A program made the position numbers and the translations under genes. A DNA stretch of 64,000 nt from Octopus bimaculoides (lineage: Eukaryota). Where the stretch lies: contig NC_069001.1 in the NCBI RefSeq assembly GCF_001194135.2, positions 37,980,914 to 38,044,913 on the forward strand, given 5' to 3'. Of the stretch, positions 36,150 through 48,286 are shown piece by piece (positions within the stretch are counted from its first letter, which is position 1; each line of letters opens with the position of its first letter). Below the pieces are notes generated by a model. The model made no database searches. It was not told the DNA's origin and saw only the letters and a list, made by a program, of their open reading frames with translations.

Positions 36150-37908
36150 CATGTGTTTAGTCCTAGGTCAGCCTCTGAGCTAGCAGACCTGTTGTCAAAG
36201 ACAATCCAACAATGACCAGCCAGTCTGTTGTTTTTCCAGACTACATAGCCAATGTGTCCTTGTTTTTCTTTAGACAGTAGGACATAATTTGAGTGAGAGG
36301 TTAGCTGCTATTTCTTGCTGGTCAAGCAACCATGTCGATTCTTTATGGTTGCTGTTTAGCCCCGGGTCACTTCTGATCCAAAAGATCTATGATCAAAACT
36401 GTCCTAGCTGTGACCATCCTGTCTTTTAGTTAGGCATAGTGTACCTAAGACTACATTATTTAACGTTGCTTTCTTTGTTGTTGTTGTTGTTTAACCCCGG
36501 GTCAGCCCTCATCCAAAATGACCTTTGACCATGGTGTCTTTACCGTGGCCATCCTGTCTGTTACTAACACATAGTGTACCTAGGACTGTATTATCTAATT
36601 TGTCCTTTTTGAAATGAAAGGGTGTGATTTGAAGGAGATTTAGCTGCTGTTTCTAGCAGTTGAATCACACCAGAGGCTATGGTTCAACTCCCTTTTTAGC
36701 ACATGCATGCGTGTTTGTGTGTGTCTTTTGTGCTTACATCTGTGTCCATATATGTATGTATGTATGTGTATGTATATTCATATATGTGCATGTCAGTGTG
36801 TATGTTTGTGTGTTTGGAAAGGGTTTTTCTGCTACCCTACAGTATGGCCAGTAACCCGTCCACTATTGCCAAGACTCTCACACATCACAATAAAATACAG
36901 CCCCACCCCCATCCCTTATCTCACACCAAAAAATGTCTTCCTGCATATAATTACGACTTTGTTAGACACAACCCACTTCCTTGCCAGACACACCTCTTTA
37001 CTAGACATGACCTAACTCTTCACTACTAGACACACCCACATTATACTGCGACACACCCACTTCTCAATGTAATTTCCTTCTTGTACCCTCATCTCTCCTC
37101 CCATCTCTATAACAGTTACTCCCACTATCACCTTTATAAAAGAGACCCTCACTACTCCATTGATCCTCTCCTCCCACTACCACCTCTGCTACCATGATGT
37201 TGGCTTATCATCTTCGGTCATGTTTCAGAATCTAAAGAATGGACAGAGTTATCGCTGGGCGTTCTTCATCCCTGATTGGAGGGCACTGAGGTGTATTGGT
37301 CAGCTGGTGGACAACGGTCAGGTAAGACAAATATCGTGCATGCACACAAAACACACACACACCCCCCTATCGCCTAATATCACCCCTGTGTCTGGAGTGG
37401 CTCTACCATTGCTCTCTCTGTATTGTTCTAGATGAAAACGCACCCACGTCTACACACATGTACAACACACATTCTACACACACATGCACATGCACTACAC
37501 ACACACATACACACTACATACACACTACATACACACACACATTCTACACACACACACACCTCCCTATACCCTATACATCCCCCTTTTCCTGGTATGACTC
37601 CACCTTCTCCCCATCTGTATCTATTGTACCACATTGAACCAGTCACACCCATACCTTCACCTGATCTACACACACACACGTCCCCACATACATTTACACC
37701 CCATACATGTGCACACCCACACACCTACACCTTCATATCTTCCACTCCCATATCCAGTGTCCCTCTCCTATCTCTCTCTCTCTTGTACCAGATCAAACCA
37801 GTCATCGACAAGGTGTTTCCCTTTCATCAACTGCCTCACGCCTACAACCATGTCGAGGCCGGACACAGTCGAGGTAAAACAGTCATTGATGTAAAGTGTA
37901 CAGAGTAA
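28441..37908 (+). CDS. RTN4IP1: RTN4IP1 (reticulon-4-interacting protein 1), mitochondrial NADPH oxidoreductase, MDR/quinone-oxidoreductase family; full gene span, 9 coding exons, ~407-409 aa
   Basis: Exons of 310+155+69+125+49+137+175+93+117 = 1230 nt join in frame. Motifs: [46 protein letters not shown] (nucleotide binding), YRWAFF, GHSRGKTV. The N-terminus is basic/hydroxylated and lacks acidic residues, like a mitochondrial presequence. Start ATG is ambiguous (28441/28444/28447/28456). Confidence 0.97.
30030..30457 (+). mobile_element. RTE-3'-type (GAT)n-tailed repeat, family C (representative copy)
   Basis: Other copies: ~240-500(-), 1440-1660(+), 21164-21293(-), 21294-21480(+), 26174-26380(-), 27099-27200(+), 31500-31710(+). 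A SINE sharing the tail occurs at ~1985-2210(+) and 23870-24170(-). Confidence 0.85.
31167..31321 (+). CDS. RTN4IP1: RTN4IP1 exon 2 (GYGEKLINLIR...[28 protein letters not shown])
   Basis: Acceptor taacag|AT, donor GAG|GTTTGT. Confidence 0.96.
32066..32134 (+). CDS. RTN4IP1: RTN4IP1 exon 3 (VWGVVGAHNQGSHAQFCVASTKE)
   Basis: Acceptor cctag|GTA, donor GAG|GTGAGT; 69 nt, phase 0-0. Confidence 0.92.
33021..33406 (+). mobile_element. SINE family B copy in RTN4IP1 intron 3
   Basis: A-box TGGCCCAGTGG, B-box-like GGTTTCGATTCC, (CAA)n tail; TSD CCAAC(T/C)AGTTC. Confidence 0.9.
33821..33890 (+). repeat. 30-bp tandem repeat x ~2.3
   Basis: ATAACTCTTGCGTTCTTACGATAAAGG(A/G)AG repeated. Confidence 0.9.
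33990..34110 (-). mobile_element. Second short Penelope-like RT relic in RTN4IP1 intron 3
   Basis: AFDIAMGSHDSTQASDLVGIYIL, the same motif as at ~50580-50650. Confidence 0.7.
34527..34651 (+). CDS. RTN4IP1: RTN4IP1 exon 4 ([41 protein letters not shown])
   Basis: Acceptor gttag|CTG, donor AG|GTAAGT. Not shown as a clean ORF in the supplied track. Confidence 0.96.
35108..35156 (+). CDS. RTN4IP1: RTN4IP1 exon 5 ([16 protein letters not shown])
   Basis: Acceptor ttccag|A, donor CAG|GTTGGT; Gly-rich NADPH-binding loop. Confidence 0.95.
35643..35779 (+). CDS. RTN4IP1: RTN4IP1 exon 6 ([33 protein letters not shown]...)
   Basis: Acceptor ttccag|CTG, donor GG|GTGAGT. Confidence 0.96.
35900..36074 (+). 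CDS. RTN4IP1: RTN4IP1 exon 7 (FHLYLDVLG...AKYVTIKTPFLEDTDTHGVPAG...NILE)
   Basis: Acceptor ttttcag|C, donor GAG|GTTTGT; YVT..TPFL motif. Confidence 0.93.
37229..37321 (+). CDS. RTN4IP1: RTN4IP1 exon 8 (NLKNGQSYRWAFFIPDWRALRCIGQLVDNGQ)
   Basis: Acceptor tttcag|AAT, donor CAG|GTAAGA. Confidence 0.96.
37792..37908 (+). CDS. RTN4IP1: RTN4IP1 exon 9, terminal (IKPVIDKVFPFHQLPHAYNHVEAGHSRGKTVIDVKCTE*)
   Basis: Acceptor gtaccag|ATC, stop TAA ending at 37908. Confidence 0.97.
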   Translation: MKPVIDKVFPFHQLPHAYNHVEAGHSRGKTVIDVKCTE

Positions 37909-38038
37909 CAGCACCAACGCCCAGTGCAGGGATTGATCCGATGCCCTATAGAACCGACGTTGAGGATGATGTTGTTGTTATTGTTGATATTTAGCTGAAA
38001 CCTTTTTTTTCCTTTTTTTTTTATTAAATTTCTTTTTA

Positions 38039-38044
38039 AATAAA
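38039..38044 (+). terminator. Polyadenylation signal AATAAA for RTN4IP1
   Basis: 130 nt after the stop codon, followed by T-rich sequence. Confidence 0.65.
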
Positions 38045-39691
38045 ATCAAAATTATTTTTATTTCATCTCTGTCATTTTACTCGCTTAACATTTTACTCTT
38101 TTATTAGTTCAGTCACTGGACTGTGGCCATACTGGAGTACTGCCTTGAAGAGGACATTGACCCGGGGTACTTTTTCTCCAAATTTAGTACTTTATTTATT
38201 TATAAATTGGTCTTTATTTTGTTGAACCATCAAGCGCTAGGTACATAAACGACCTCTAACCATTTGTCCAGCAGTGTCCTCTGACCACAGATTATGCAGA
38301 TGGACACACACACTACACACATATATGCATGCATGCATATATACATACATACTTATTTTTCACATTGCATCTCTTATAAAGGGTTTCCGCGCAGCTGCCA
38401 TCTACCAAATTCCCTCACAAAGCATTGTTTTGCTCTGAAGTTGTTGTAGAAAACATTTCTCCGGTGTACCACTGTGCAGTGGGACTGAACCTGAAACGAC
38501 ACGGTTACAGAGCTTGCAACTGGCTCTCTGCCGGGTTTGCAACTCTGCATGTGATAGGTTTTCAGTATGGGCCCTGCAAATCTTGAATTTGGACACTTGA
38601 TTGACTTGTAATAGTGCACGAGGTGGATAGGAAGTGGGGCAGGGGTAAAAAGATAGGCTGGCTAATGTCACATAAAAACGTGCTGAGGAAGCCACAGATG
38701 AAATGTCAGCCAGATGTGGTGAACTCCTCCATCAATTCTGTAGTTTTAGTAGAGCTGACTTGTGTACCTTACTGCAGGTTTCATCTAACCTGACTGAGAT
38801 GTTTGATCTTTTACTCATTGGAGAAAAATTGGGTTCCCTTAGTCTGAATAACCCTCTGCTGCCCTCACTGTCTGCATGGAGGGCTTGTGCGGCCATGGGT
38901 GATGATATGTATGTAAGTCCTGAAGCTGTGACATCTGTCGAAGATAAGAAGTTGTGGTCACTATTTGTATAGTGCCGTCTCTCCCAAATCGTTTGTAAAG
39001 CACAATCTTCTACATCATTTATATAGCATATTATCCTACATCGTTTATATAGCATAATCTATAGCCCATTCTTTTGGCTGAGTTGCTGTTCTGAGTCAAT
39101 AATTGAACAATGTTGGGTGTTCAGCAACACATCTGGGACATTCCCACCACTAAACCTCTATCGTCTGTAGAGGTTTTATGGTGAGAGGAACGATTGTGTG
39201 TTGGGTTTCAACTGAGACAATGTCTGGTTATCCTTAGATTATCTCGGCTAGAATCAGATATTACTGGATTGGGATAAGCTGTATACCCACCATTCACAGC
39301 ATAAACGACGCACACAAAACGAAAACTCTGAGTAACGTCAGAGTGAATCATTAGTTTTATACAAATTGTGTGTGTGTGTGTGTGTGTGGATACATATATA
39401 TGTAATATGTATGCATACGTATGTTTATGTGTATATTTAGGTGTATACATATATATATATATGCATACATATGTGCGTATATAGGTGTATATATGTAAAT
39501 ATATATACTTGTATACATATATGTACATAAAAATATATGTATATATATGTGTGTGCATACGTCTATGTATGCATGTATATATTATACATGTATAAGAATG
39601 TACATATAGACATATATGTACATCTATATGCACACACACATACACACGTATACAGACCTATATATTCATATATATATGTATGCATGTGTGA

Positions 39692-39730
<39 letters not shown>

Positions 39731-40105
39731 TGCCAAAATGACTATACAATTAAGTGAAATGCTGTTGAGGAGGGTTAAGATTAGTTAAATACTCAAGTCG
39801 ACTGGATTGACGCTAGCTGCAGTGTACACGTGCGCACACGGACAAACATGTACAATGTGTATATATAGGCATATATGTATGCATAAACGTCTGTGTGTGT
39901 GTGTGTGTGTGTGTGTGCGCCAAGGGGCTGGAGTGATTCTTCAAGTGTGTATCTTGTTTGTTCATCAGTAAAATTGTAATTAAATTGGGAAAGATTTCCT
40001 GCAAGACGTTTTAAGTAAATAGTTTTGAAGTAGACAACACAATTAAACAACAATAGCTTCATTAATCTATCTATCTATCTATCAGTGTGTGTTCACATAT
40101 CTCTA

Positions 40106-40142
<37 letters not shown>

Positions 40143-40208
40143 TATGCATATATGTGTGTATATGTGTATATATATGTGTGTGTGTATATGTATGTGTGTA
40201 TATATATG

Positions 40209-40300
<92 letters not shown>

Positions 40301-40774
40301 TATGTATATATATTAATTTAGAGATATACACACATCCTCTGTTTGATGTTCGTGTGTGTATGCGTGTAAACGTGTATATGTGTGTATGAGTGGATGTCTG
40401 TGTGCATATATATATATATGTGTGTGTGTGTAATAGTGTTTTATTTATGACATATCAAGAAAGAGAAAGAGAGAGAGAGGTGGCGGGGTTGTATGGCAAT
40501 ATGTGTATACATTGACAAGTTAATGATATAATTAAATTTATGTATCTTATTTAATTGTATCTGTTGTTGGACTGTGGCCATGCTGGAGCACCGCCTTGAA
40601 GGATTTTAAGTGGAACAAATTAACCCCAGCACTTACTTCTTAAACCTGACACTTATACTGTCATATATACTGTCATATATGCCGAACCGCTAATTACGGG
40701 GACGTAAACAAACCAATACCGGTTGTCAGGCAGTAATGGGTAACAAACGGAAACACAAAGACAAACGCACGCAT

Positions 40775-40838
<64 letters not shown>

Positions 40839-40959
40839 GTGTGTGCATATATATCTCTTGTCTTCCACTTGTATATAAATCGTACTGGAAAACCGAAGGT
40901 AGAGTAACATGCTTTTGATTCAAACAGCTTGTGAAAATTCTTATCGGCTTTTATAAAAA

Positions 40960-40999
<40 letters not shown>

Positions 41000-41515
41000 T
41001 TGGTACCAGCCTTGTCTATCTTTACACACACACACATGCACACGTACAGGTAGTGGGTGCGAGAGCTGGATGTGCTCAGATAGAATACACATCGAAGTGC
41101 TCAAGTGAATTTGAGCATAAACTCTGAATTCGTCATGGATTAGGTCCACGACATCAAGAGCAGTTATGAGAGAAATCCAAGAATGGCCTGATATGGAACT
41201 AGTGGTGCAGACGAACGCAGTTACCTTTCGCACACACACGCACACGCACACACTCATACATGCTCAAACATATACATACATGCATACACATACGGTGTGT
41301 GTGTGTGTGACGCCAGCATCAGGTAATCAGTGAGCTGAACTAATTAATTCTCTCACCGCCATTACTGACATATTAAACATCAACAATAGGAAGTGGTATT
41401 GGTCGTAGTAGACAGAGTGGTGGTTCTGGCTGTGGTGTGAAGAGTCCAGAAGAGTGAGACACCAGAGAAAAGATAGGGGAGAGGAGGAGAAAAAAGAAAA
41501 ATAATAATGAAATCG

Positions 41516-41550
<35 letters not shown>

Positions 41551-42779
41551 CCTTTTTAGACACCATAGGCACGAGGGTTGAGATTTAGCGTGGGGGATGG
41601 GGTTTAGTCGATTAAATCGACCCTGTTACGTGACTGGTACTTTATTTGTTACGACCCCGAAAGGATAAGAGGCAAAGTTGACCTCGACGGAATTTGAACT
41701 CAGAACGTAAAGTTTGTCCGGCATGCTAACGATTCTGCCAGCTCACCACCTTAATAACGATGATGATGATGATGATAATAATAACCTTTTCTACTAAAGG
41801 CAGAAAGCCTGAAATTTTTGGAGGGGGGGGGGCTAGTCGATTACATCCACCCCTGGGTCTCACTGATACTTAATTTGTCGACCCCGAAAATATTAAGAGC
41901 AAAGTCGACCTCGGCAGAATTTGAACGCAGAACAAAAAGATGGAACGAAATGCCGCTAAGCATTTTNNNNNNNNNNNNNNNNNNNNNNNNNNNNNNNNNN
42001 NNNNNNNNNNNNNNNNNNNNNNNNNNNNNNNNNNNNNNNNNNNNNNNNNNNNNNNNNNNNNNNNNNNNNNNNNNNNNNNNNNNNNNNNNNNNNNNNNNNN
42101 NNNNNNNNNNNNNNNNNNNNNNNNNNNNNNNNNNNNNNNNNNNNNNNNNNNNNNNNNNNNNNNNNNNNNNNNNNNNNNNNNNNNNNNNNNNNNNNNNNNN
42201 NNNNNNNNNNNNNNNNNNNNNNNNNNNNNNNNNNNNNNNNNNNNNNNNNNNNNNNNNNNNNNNNNNNNNNNNNNNNNNNNNNNNNNNNNNNNNNNNNNNN
42301 NNNNNNNNNNNNNNNNNNNNNNNNNNNNNNNNNNNNNNNNNNNNNNNNNNNNNNNNNNNNNNNNNNNNNNNNNNNNNNNNNNNNNNNNNNNNNNNNNNNN
42401 NNNNNNNNNNNNNNNNNNNNNNNNNNNNNNNNNNNNNNNNNNNNNNNNNNNNNNNNNNNNNNNNNNNNNNNNNNNNNNNNNNNNNNNNNNNNNNNNNNNN
42501 NNNNNNNNNNNNNNNNNNNNNNNNNNNNNNNNNNNNNNNNNNNNNNNNNNNNNNNNNNNNNNNNNNNNNNNNNNNNNNNNNNNNNNNNNNNNNNNNNNNN
42601 NNNNNNNNNNNNNNNNNNNNNNNNNNNNNNNNNNNNNNNNNNNNNNNNNNNNNNNNNNNNNNNGATGAAGAAGCTGTGAGGAGAGAAATGGAAAAGATGT
42701 GGTCAATGAGAAGAAAGGATGGTGTTGCAATGATTGTGGGTGTCTTGGAGAGAAAGAGAGAGAGAGAGAGAGAGGGAGG

Positions 42780-42829
<50 letters not shown>

Positions 42830-42894
42830 TTTATAAGGATGATTATTGTTTGGATTGCTGTAGTGGGACATAGCCTTGGAAAAAGGGAACAGCT

Positions 42895-42929
<35 letters not shown>

Positions 42930-43770
42930 AATGATGATAATGATGATTACAACAACTACCACCAACTACAACAACTACAACAACACCAACAAAGTCCATT
43001 TCGATGTCAGACCAAGGTTATCACATGTCATTGATCTTTTGTTATCTGCTTAAGAAGAACAAGAACAACAGCGACAACACAGACATCAGATCTAACATCA
43101 CAATCCCCCCAGCCCCCACCCCATCTCCAACACCAACACCATTGCCTCCCCATCATCCTCGTCATCTTTCTCATCCTCTTCATGACGACGACGACGACGG
43201 CGACCACCACCACCACCACCACTTCTACTGCCAGAAAACNNNNNNNNNNNNNNNNNNNNNNNNNNNNNNNNNNNNNNNNNNNNATAAATATATATATATA
43301 TATACATACATAAACATACACACACATATACGTATACGTATATATGTATTAATCATAAAAGCGGTAATAGACATTTCCCGTTAATATCGTAAATATATAA
43401 TTCAAATATTTGTGCATATAAAGTATTTAGTGTGTGCCCTGCAAAGACGAATAATTTGAAATCGTTCAAAGCAATAATCAGCTAATCTAGGAAGTTGGCC
43501 TGAGAGATAAGGCACGAGAAAATAAAGACGAGCTGTATAAACTAAAACTACACACAGAGACACGTACACACGCACCGCGCACACACACACACACACATAC
43601 ACACACACATATATATATATATATATGTATAAATATTTCGCTTTTGGATTTGGTTTGCAAGATTCTTTATGTGAGTTTGTTTCTTGAAGCATATTCTATT
43701 GTCTGGGGAGAGTCATTCTCTTTTCGTGCCTTATAATTTAACACGACTGTCCCCAGATACAATGGTATAT

Positions 43771-43809
<39 letters not shown>

Positions 43810-44035
43810 CATACATACGCATATATTAGACGAACATGACATCGCGTTTCCTGGTTCGCTTGTGTATTTCGGTCGTCTGTCGGTTGTAGAAAGACTTTTA
43901 TAAGAAATTCTGTTTGTTTTAAGAAACAACCGGTGTGTATAACAATGACGTAAACAGCCGGAATAATGATGAAAGCGGCCGGAGTAATGACGTAAGCAGA
44001 CGGGATATTCAGGATTGATATACTGTACATAAGGT

Positions 44036-44380
44036 GGAGGCGCAATGGCCCAGTGGTTAGGGTAGCGGACTCGCGGTCATAGGATCGCGGTTATTGAGCG
44101 AAAACACCTAAAAGCTCCACGAGGCTCCGGCAGGGGATGGTGGCGAACTCTGCTGTACTCTTTCACCACAACTTTCTCTCACTCTTACTTCCTGTTGTGC
44201 CTGTAATTCAAAGGGTCAGCCTGGTCACACTGTGTCACGCTGAATATCCCCCGAGAACTACGTTAAGGGTACACGTGTCTGTGGAGTGCTCAGCCACTTG
44301 CACGTTAATTTCACGAGCAGGCTGTTCCGTTGATCGCATCAACTGGAACCCTCGACGTCGTAAGCGACGGAGTGCCAACA
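44036..44380 (+). mobile_element. tRNA-derived SINE (family B) with target-site duplication
   Basis: Head GGAGGCGCAATGGCCCAGTGG (A-box-like), CAA tail, and 11-bp TSD ACTGTACATAA at 44022-44032 and 44381-44391. Confidence 0.9.
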
Positions 44381-44824
44381 ACTGTACATAAAATTGGACA
44401 GGTAAAACAACTAATGGACTTGGGTCCTTCGCAAGATAAAATGACAGGAAAGACTGTTAAATTGAAAAGAAAATGGACCTTCACCGGCCTAGAAGACAAA
44501 ACCTTGATAGGTTTCTGTTAACAGGTGTAGCATATGGCAGAAGAACAAGAAGAAAGATCTAAAACCAGATTTTGTGATAACATCAAAGAAGTTAGTGGCG
44601 GGAGTTTTGCAGAACTGTGCAGATTGGTACAGGGTAGACATGGATGGAACGCCACGGTGACTCAGTTTTTTAATATTCTCCATGTGATAAAACTGTACAT
44701 GAGATTGCTCCACTCGCAGAGATTTTTATCTTCTATTTTCTACCTGTAATCGGTCATTCGATTGAGGCCATGTCTTGGAGAAAATCAAGTGGTATTACCG
44801 GTATTAACCGTGACACCACGTGAC

Positions 44825-45060
44825 CTTTCTTATTTCTTTATTGCCCACAAGGGGCTAAACATAGAGGGAACAAACAAGGACAGGCAAAGGGATTAAGTCG
44901 ATTACATCGACCCAGTGCGTAACTGGTACCTAATTTATCGACCCCAAAAGGATGAAAGGCAAAGTCAACCTCGGCGGAATTTGAACTCAGAACGTGGCGG
45001 CAGACGAAATACTGCTAAGCATTTCGCCCGGCCCCCTAACGTCTCTGCCAGCTCGGCGCC
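44825..45060 (-). mobile_element. tRNA-derived SINE family D (representative copy)
   Basis: Head GCGAGCTGGCAGA...GAGTTCAAATTCCGCCGAGG. Other copies: ~29000-29100(+), 41570-41750(-), 41790-41966(-), 51916-52330(+), 52370-52575(-), 60410-60600(+). Confidence 0.85.
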
Positions 45061-45356
45061 TTGACCTTTCTTGACCAATCACAACCCACCTTACCGTTAA
45101 TAACATTTGACTTTCTTGTTCTCATGTGTAACTTCCCCTGCCTGAGGTTACCGAAGTCTTTACCGTCGGCTTTTCATTCCACGGGGATAAACCTTTTACA
45201 TTTTTACGCTGTTCTTTTTTTTTTTTTGCTGTTTTATACGTCATAAACATTTTCGATCCCTTTTGATGTTTGTTCTTCTTTCTTTTGAAAAGTTCTACTT
45301 TGTATTGTCCCCTCTGTGTTCGGCCCTGCGTGGCTAATAAAGATATCTATCTATCC

Positions 45357-45403
<47 letters not shown>

Positions 45404-45424
45404 AACTCTCTTTCTTTCTTTCGT

Positions 45425-45511
<87 letters not shown>

Positions 45512-46040
45512 NNNNNNNNNNNNNNNNNNNNNNNNNNNNNNNNNNNNNNNNNNNNNNNNNNNNNNNNNNNNNNNNNNNNNNNNNNNNNNNNNNNNNNNNN
45601 NNNNNNNNNNNNNNNNNNNNNNNNNNNNNNNNNNNNNNNNNNNNNNNNNNNNNNNNNNNNNNNNNNNNNNNNNNNNNNNNNNNNNNNNNNNNNNNNNNNN
45701 NNNNNNNNNNNNNNNNNNNNNNNNNNNNNNNNNNNNNNNNNNNNNNNNNNNNNNNNNNNNNNNNNNNNNNNNNNNNNNNNNNNNNNNNNNNNNNNNNNNN
45801 NNNNNNNNNNNNNNNNNNNNNNNNNNNNNNNNNNNNNNNNNNNNNNNNNNNNNNNNNNNNNNNNNNNNNNNNNNNNNNNNNNNNNNNNNNNNNNNNNNNN
45901 NNNNNNNNNNNNNNNNNNNNNNNNNNNNNNNNNNNNNNNNNNNNNNNNNNNNNNNNNNNNNNNNNNNNNNNNNNNNNNNNNNNNNNNNNNNNNNNNNNNN
46001 NNNNNNNNNNNNNNNNNNNNNNNNNNNNNNNNNNNNNNNN

Positions 46041-46448
46041 GATGGCGGCGGCGGCGGGGACGGTGGCGCTGGTGGTGGTGATGGTTGTGATAGTGGTGGC
46101 GGTGGCGGTACTGATGACGGTGATAGTGATAATGGTGGTAGCGATGATTGTGGTGGTGGTGGTGGTGGTGGTGGTGGTGGAGGGTGGCGGCGGCGGCATG
46201 GAGGTTCTCTACTCTATTATGTAGCATTCACAATAGCTAACACCTGATTGTCAAAGCAGAGCAGTTTGAAACAATGTAATGTAGTAGTAGTAGCAGCAGT
46301 AGTAGTGGTGGTGGTGGTGGTGGTGTTACTAATAATAGTAGTGATAATAATGGTGATGGCACTAACAGTAGCATTAGCAGTGGTAGATGTAGAGATAGTA
46401 GTAGTAGTAGTAGTGGAATTATTATTATTATCATTATTATTATTATCA

Positions 46449-46479
<31 letters not shown>

Positions 46480-46600
46480 TATTATTATCATTATTATTAT
46501 TATTATTATTGTGTTGTGTAGTAGCATTAGTAGTGGTTGTGGTGGTTGTGTTGTTGTTGGTGTTGGTAGTAGTAGTGGTTGTGGTGGTGGTGGTAGATGC
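46041..46600. repeat. Compound trinucleotide microsatellite ((GGT)n/(AGT)n/(ATT)n/(GTT)n)
   Basis: Direct inspection. Similar tracts at 56560-56770, 60020-60145 and 63700-63940. (TA)n/(CA)n/(TCTA)n tracts occur throughout and flank most gaps. Confidence 0.95.
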
Positions 46601-48249
46601 CTCCATTGTCGTCGCCACTAATCCTCTCCCCAGACCCAACAATGGAGGGAAACTTACAGGAATCTCTTTTGTTCTTTCCAGTTTTCTGATTCTCTTGTTT
46701 TTGTTTTCGTTTTGTTTTGTTTACCGTCCACCTCCTCCTCTCCCCATACCACCTTCTACCCCCCACCCATCTCCCTATCACCCTCAACAACCCCATTCAC
46801 CCACACACCTCCCACGCAGCCATACACGCGTACACAACTAAACACGCGTGCACACACACACACGCACACACACACACACACGCACACACACACACACAAA
46901 CATTGAATCGTCAGCAAAAAGATTTCAATGACGATGATGATAATGAAGAAGCTGATGGTGATGGTAATGATGACGCTGATGATGTTGATGATGACAATGA
47001 TGATGATGCCGCTAGTTACGGCATTCAACATGTCCATCTATGTCCCTCTATTCCTGTCAGTTTTTGCTTTCCCCATCACTTGAGCCACGCCATCGCAACT
47101 CTGCAAACGACTTTTTACTCTCTCATTTTACTTCAGCCAAGAGTTCTCGATTTCCTTTCGAAAGCGACTCGAATGCGCAGTACTGACAAGCTGCAACTGC
47201 AGCGAAATACGTATATCTACCGCTCTCGTGATCACTTTCGGGTCGAATTCCGATGTATATTGTGTAATATAACATGTGTATGGGAAGAGTTTATCTCAGA
47301 CAATTCTACGGCATCAAGTCATCTAACGGTGTCTTTTAGTTTAATGCTCTTTCAATTTCGTATAACGAATACACACACATACATACATACAGACACACAC
47401 ACACATACATACATACATACATACAATGCATACAATACATACATACGTACGTACGTACGTACATACGTACTTATGCATGTACAGATAGACAGATACATGC
47501 AAACATGCTCCCTCCACACCTTTTCAAACTCCACTTGCCACCTTACACTATCCATTGTGCATACAATTAAACATATTCCTGCACCGCCAAAACCATCAGA
47601 TGAATAACGAAGTGTTATTTTTCGCTCCTATTACATCTCTGCTTTATATAACACTCCGGCAACAAAATATAACCCCCCCCCCTCTTTGCGATTATCATAT
47701 CACAGTTTTCTCTAAAACGTATTCCTCTCTGTTTGTTCAGCAACACAATTCTACACATTTTGTTAATATTCTCTCGACAATGAATTTATTAAACACGAAT
47801 TCATTCATTTTTAAAAACATTTCTCTCCAATATTGTTTCGCTTCTATCGTTTTCCGGTGGTTTTTGTTTTATTCACAACTTCAGAAGTGATTTCTTCGGA
47901 TTGAAACACCTTCGAAGGTACTTAGTGCGATGTATGTATTGTATGCATTGTATGTGTGTATGTATGTATGTATGTATGTATGTATGTATGTATGTATGTA
48001 TGTATGTATGTGTGTATGTATGTATGTATGCATATGTGTGTATGTATGCATATGGAATTGCATGTACATATATATACACACACACAAATATATACTTAAA
48101 CATACATTTATATATGTGTATATATATAAATATATATATACTGTGTGTGTGCATACACCCGTACGCATAAATATATACTCTTACACACACACATATATAT
48201 ATGTGTGTGTGTGTGATTATATGGACAAATGTATACATACATATGTGAA

Positions 48250-48286
<37 letters not shown>

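Noticed and set aside
11891-37791. Minor-spliceosome (U12) introns
   Set aside because: All 17 introns are GT-AG and none has the RTATCCTT 5' consensus.
46717-47607. 296-aa gap-free plus-strand ORF
   Set aside because: Mostly (CA)n, (GAT)n and (TACA)n tracts; no domain motif. Only the unique islet is kept, as a low-interest finding.
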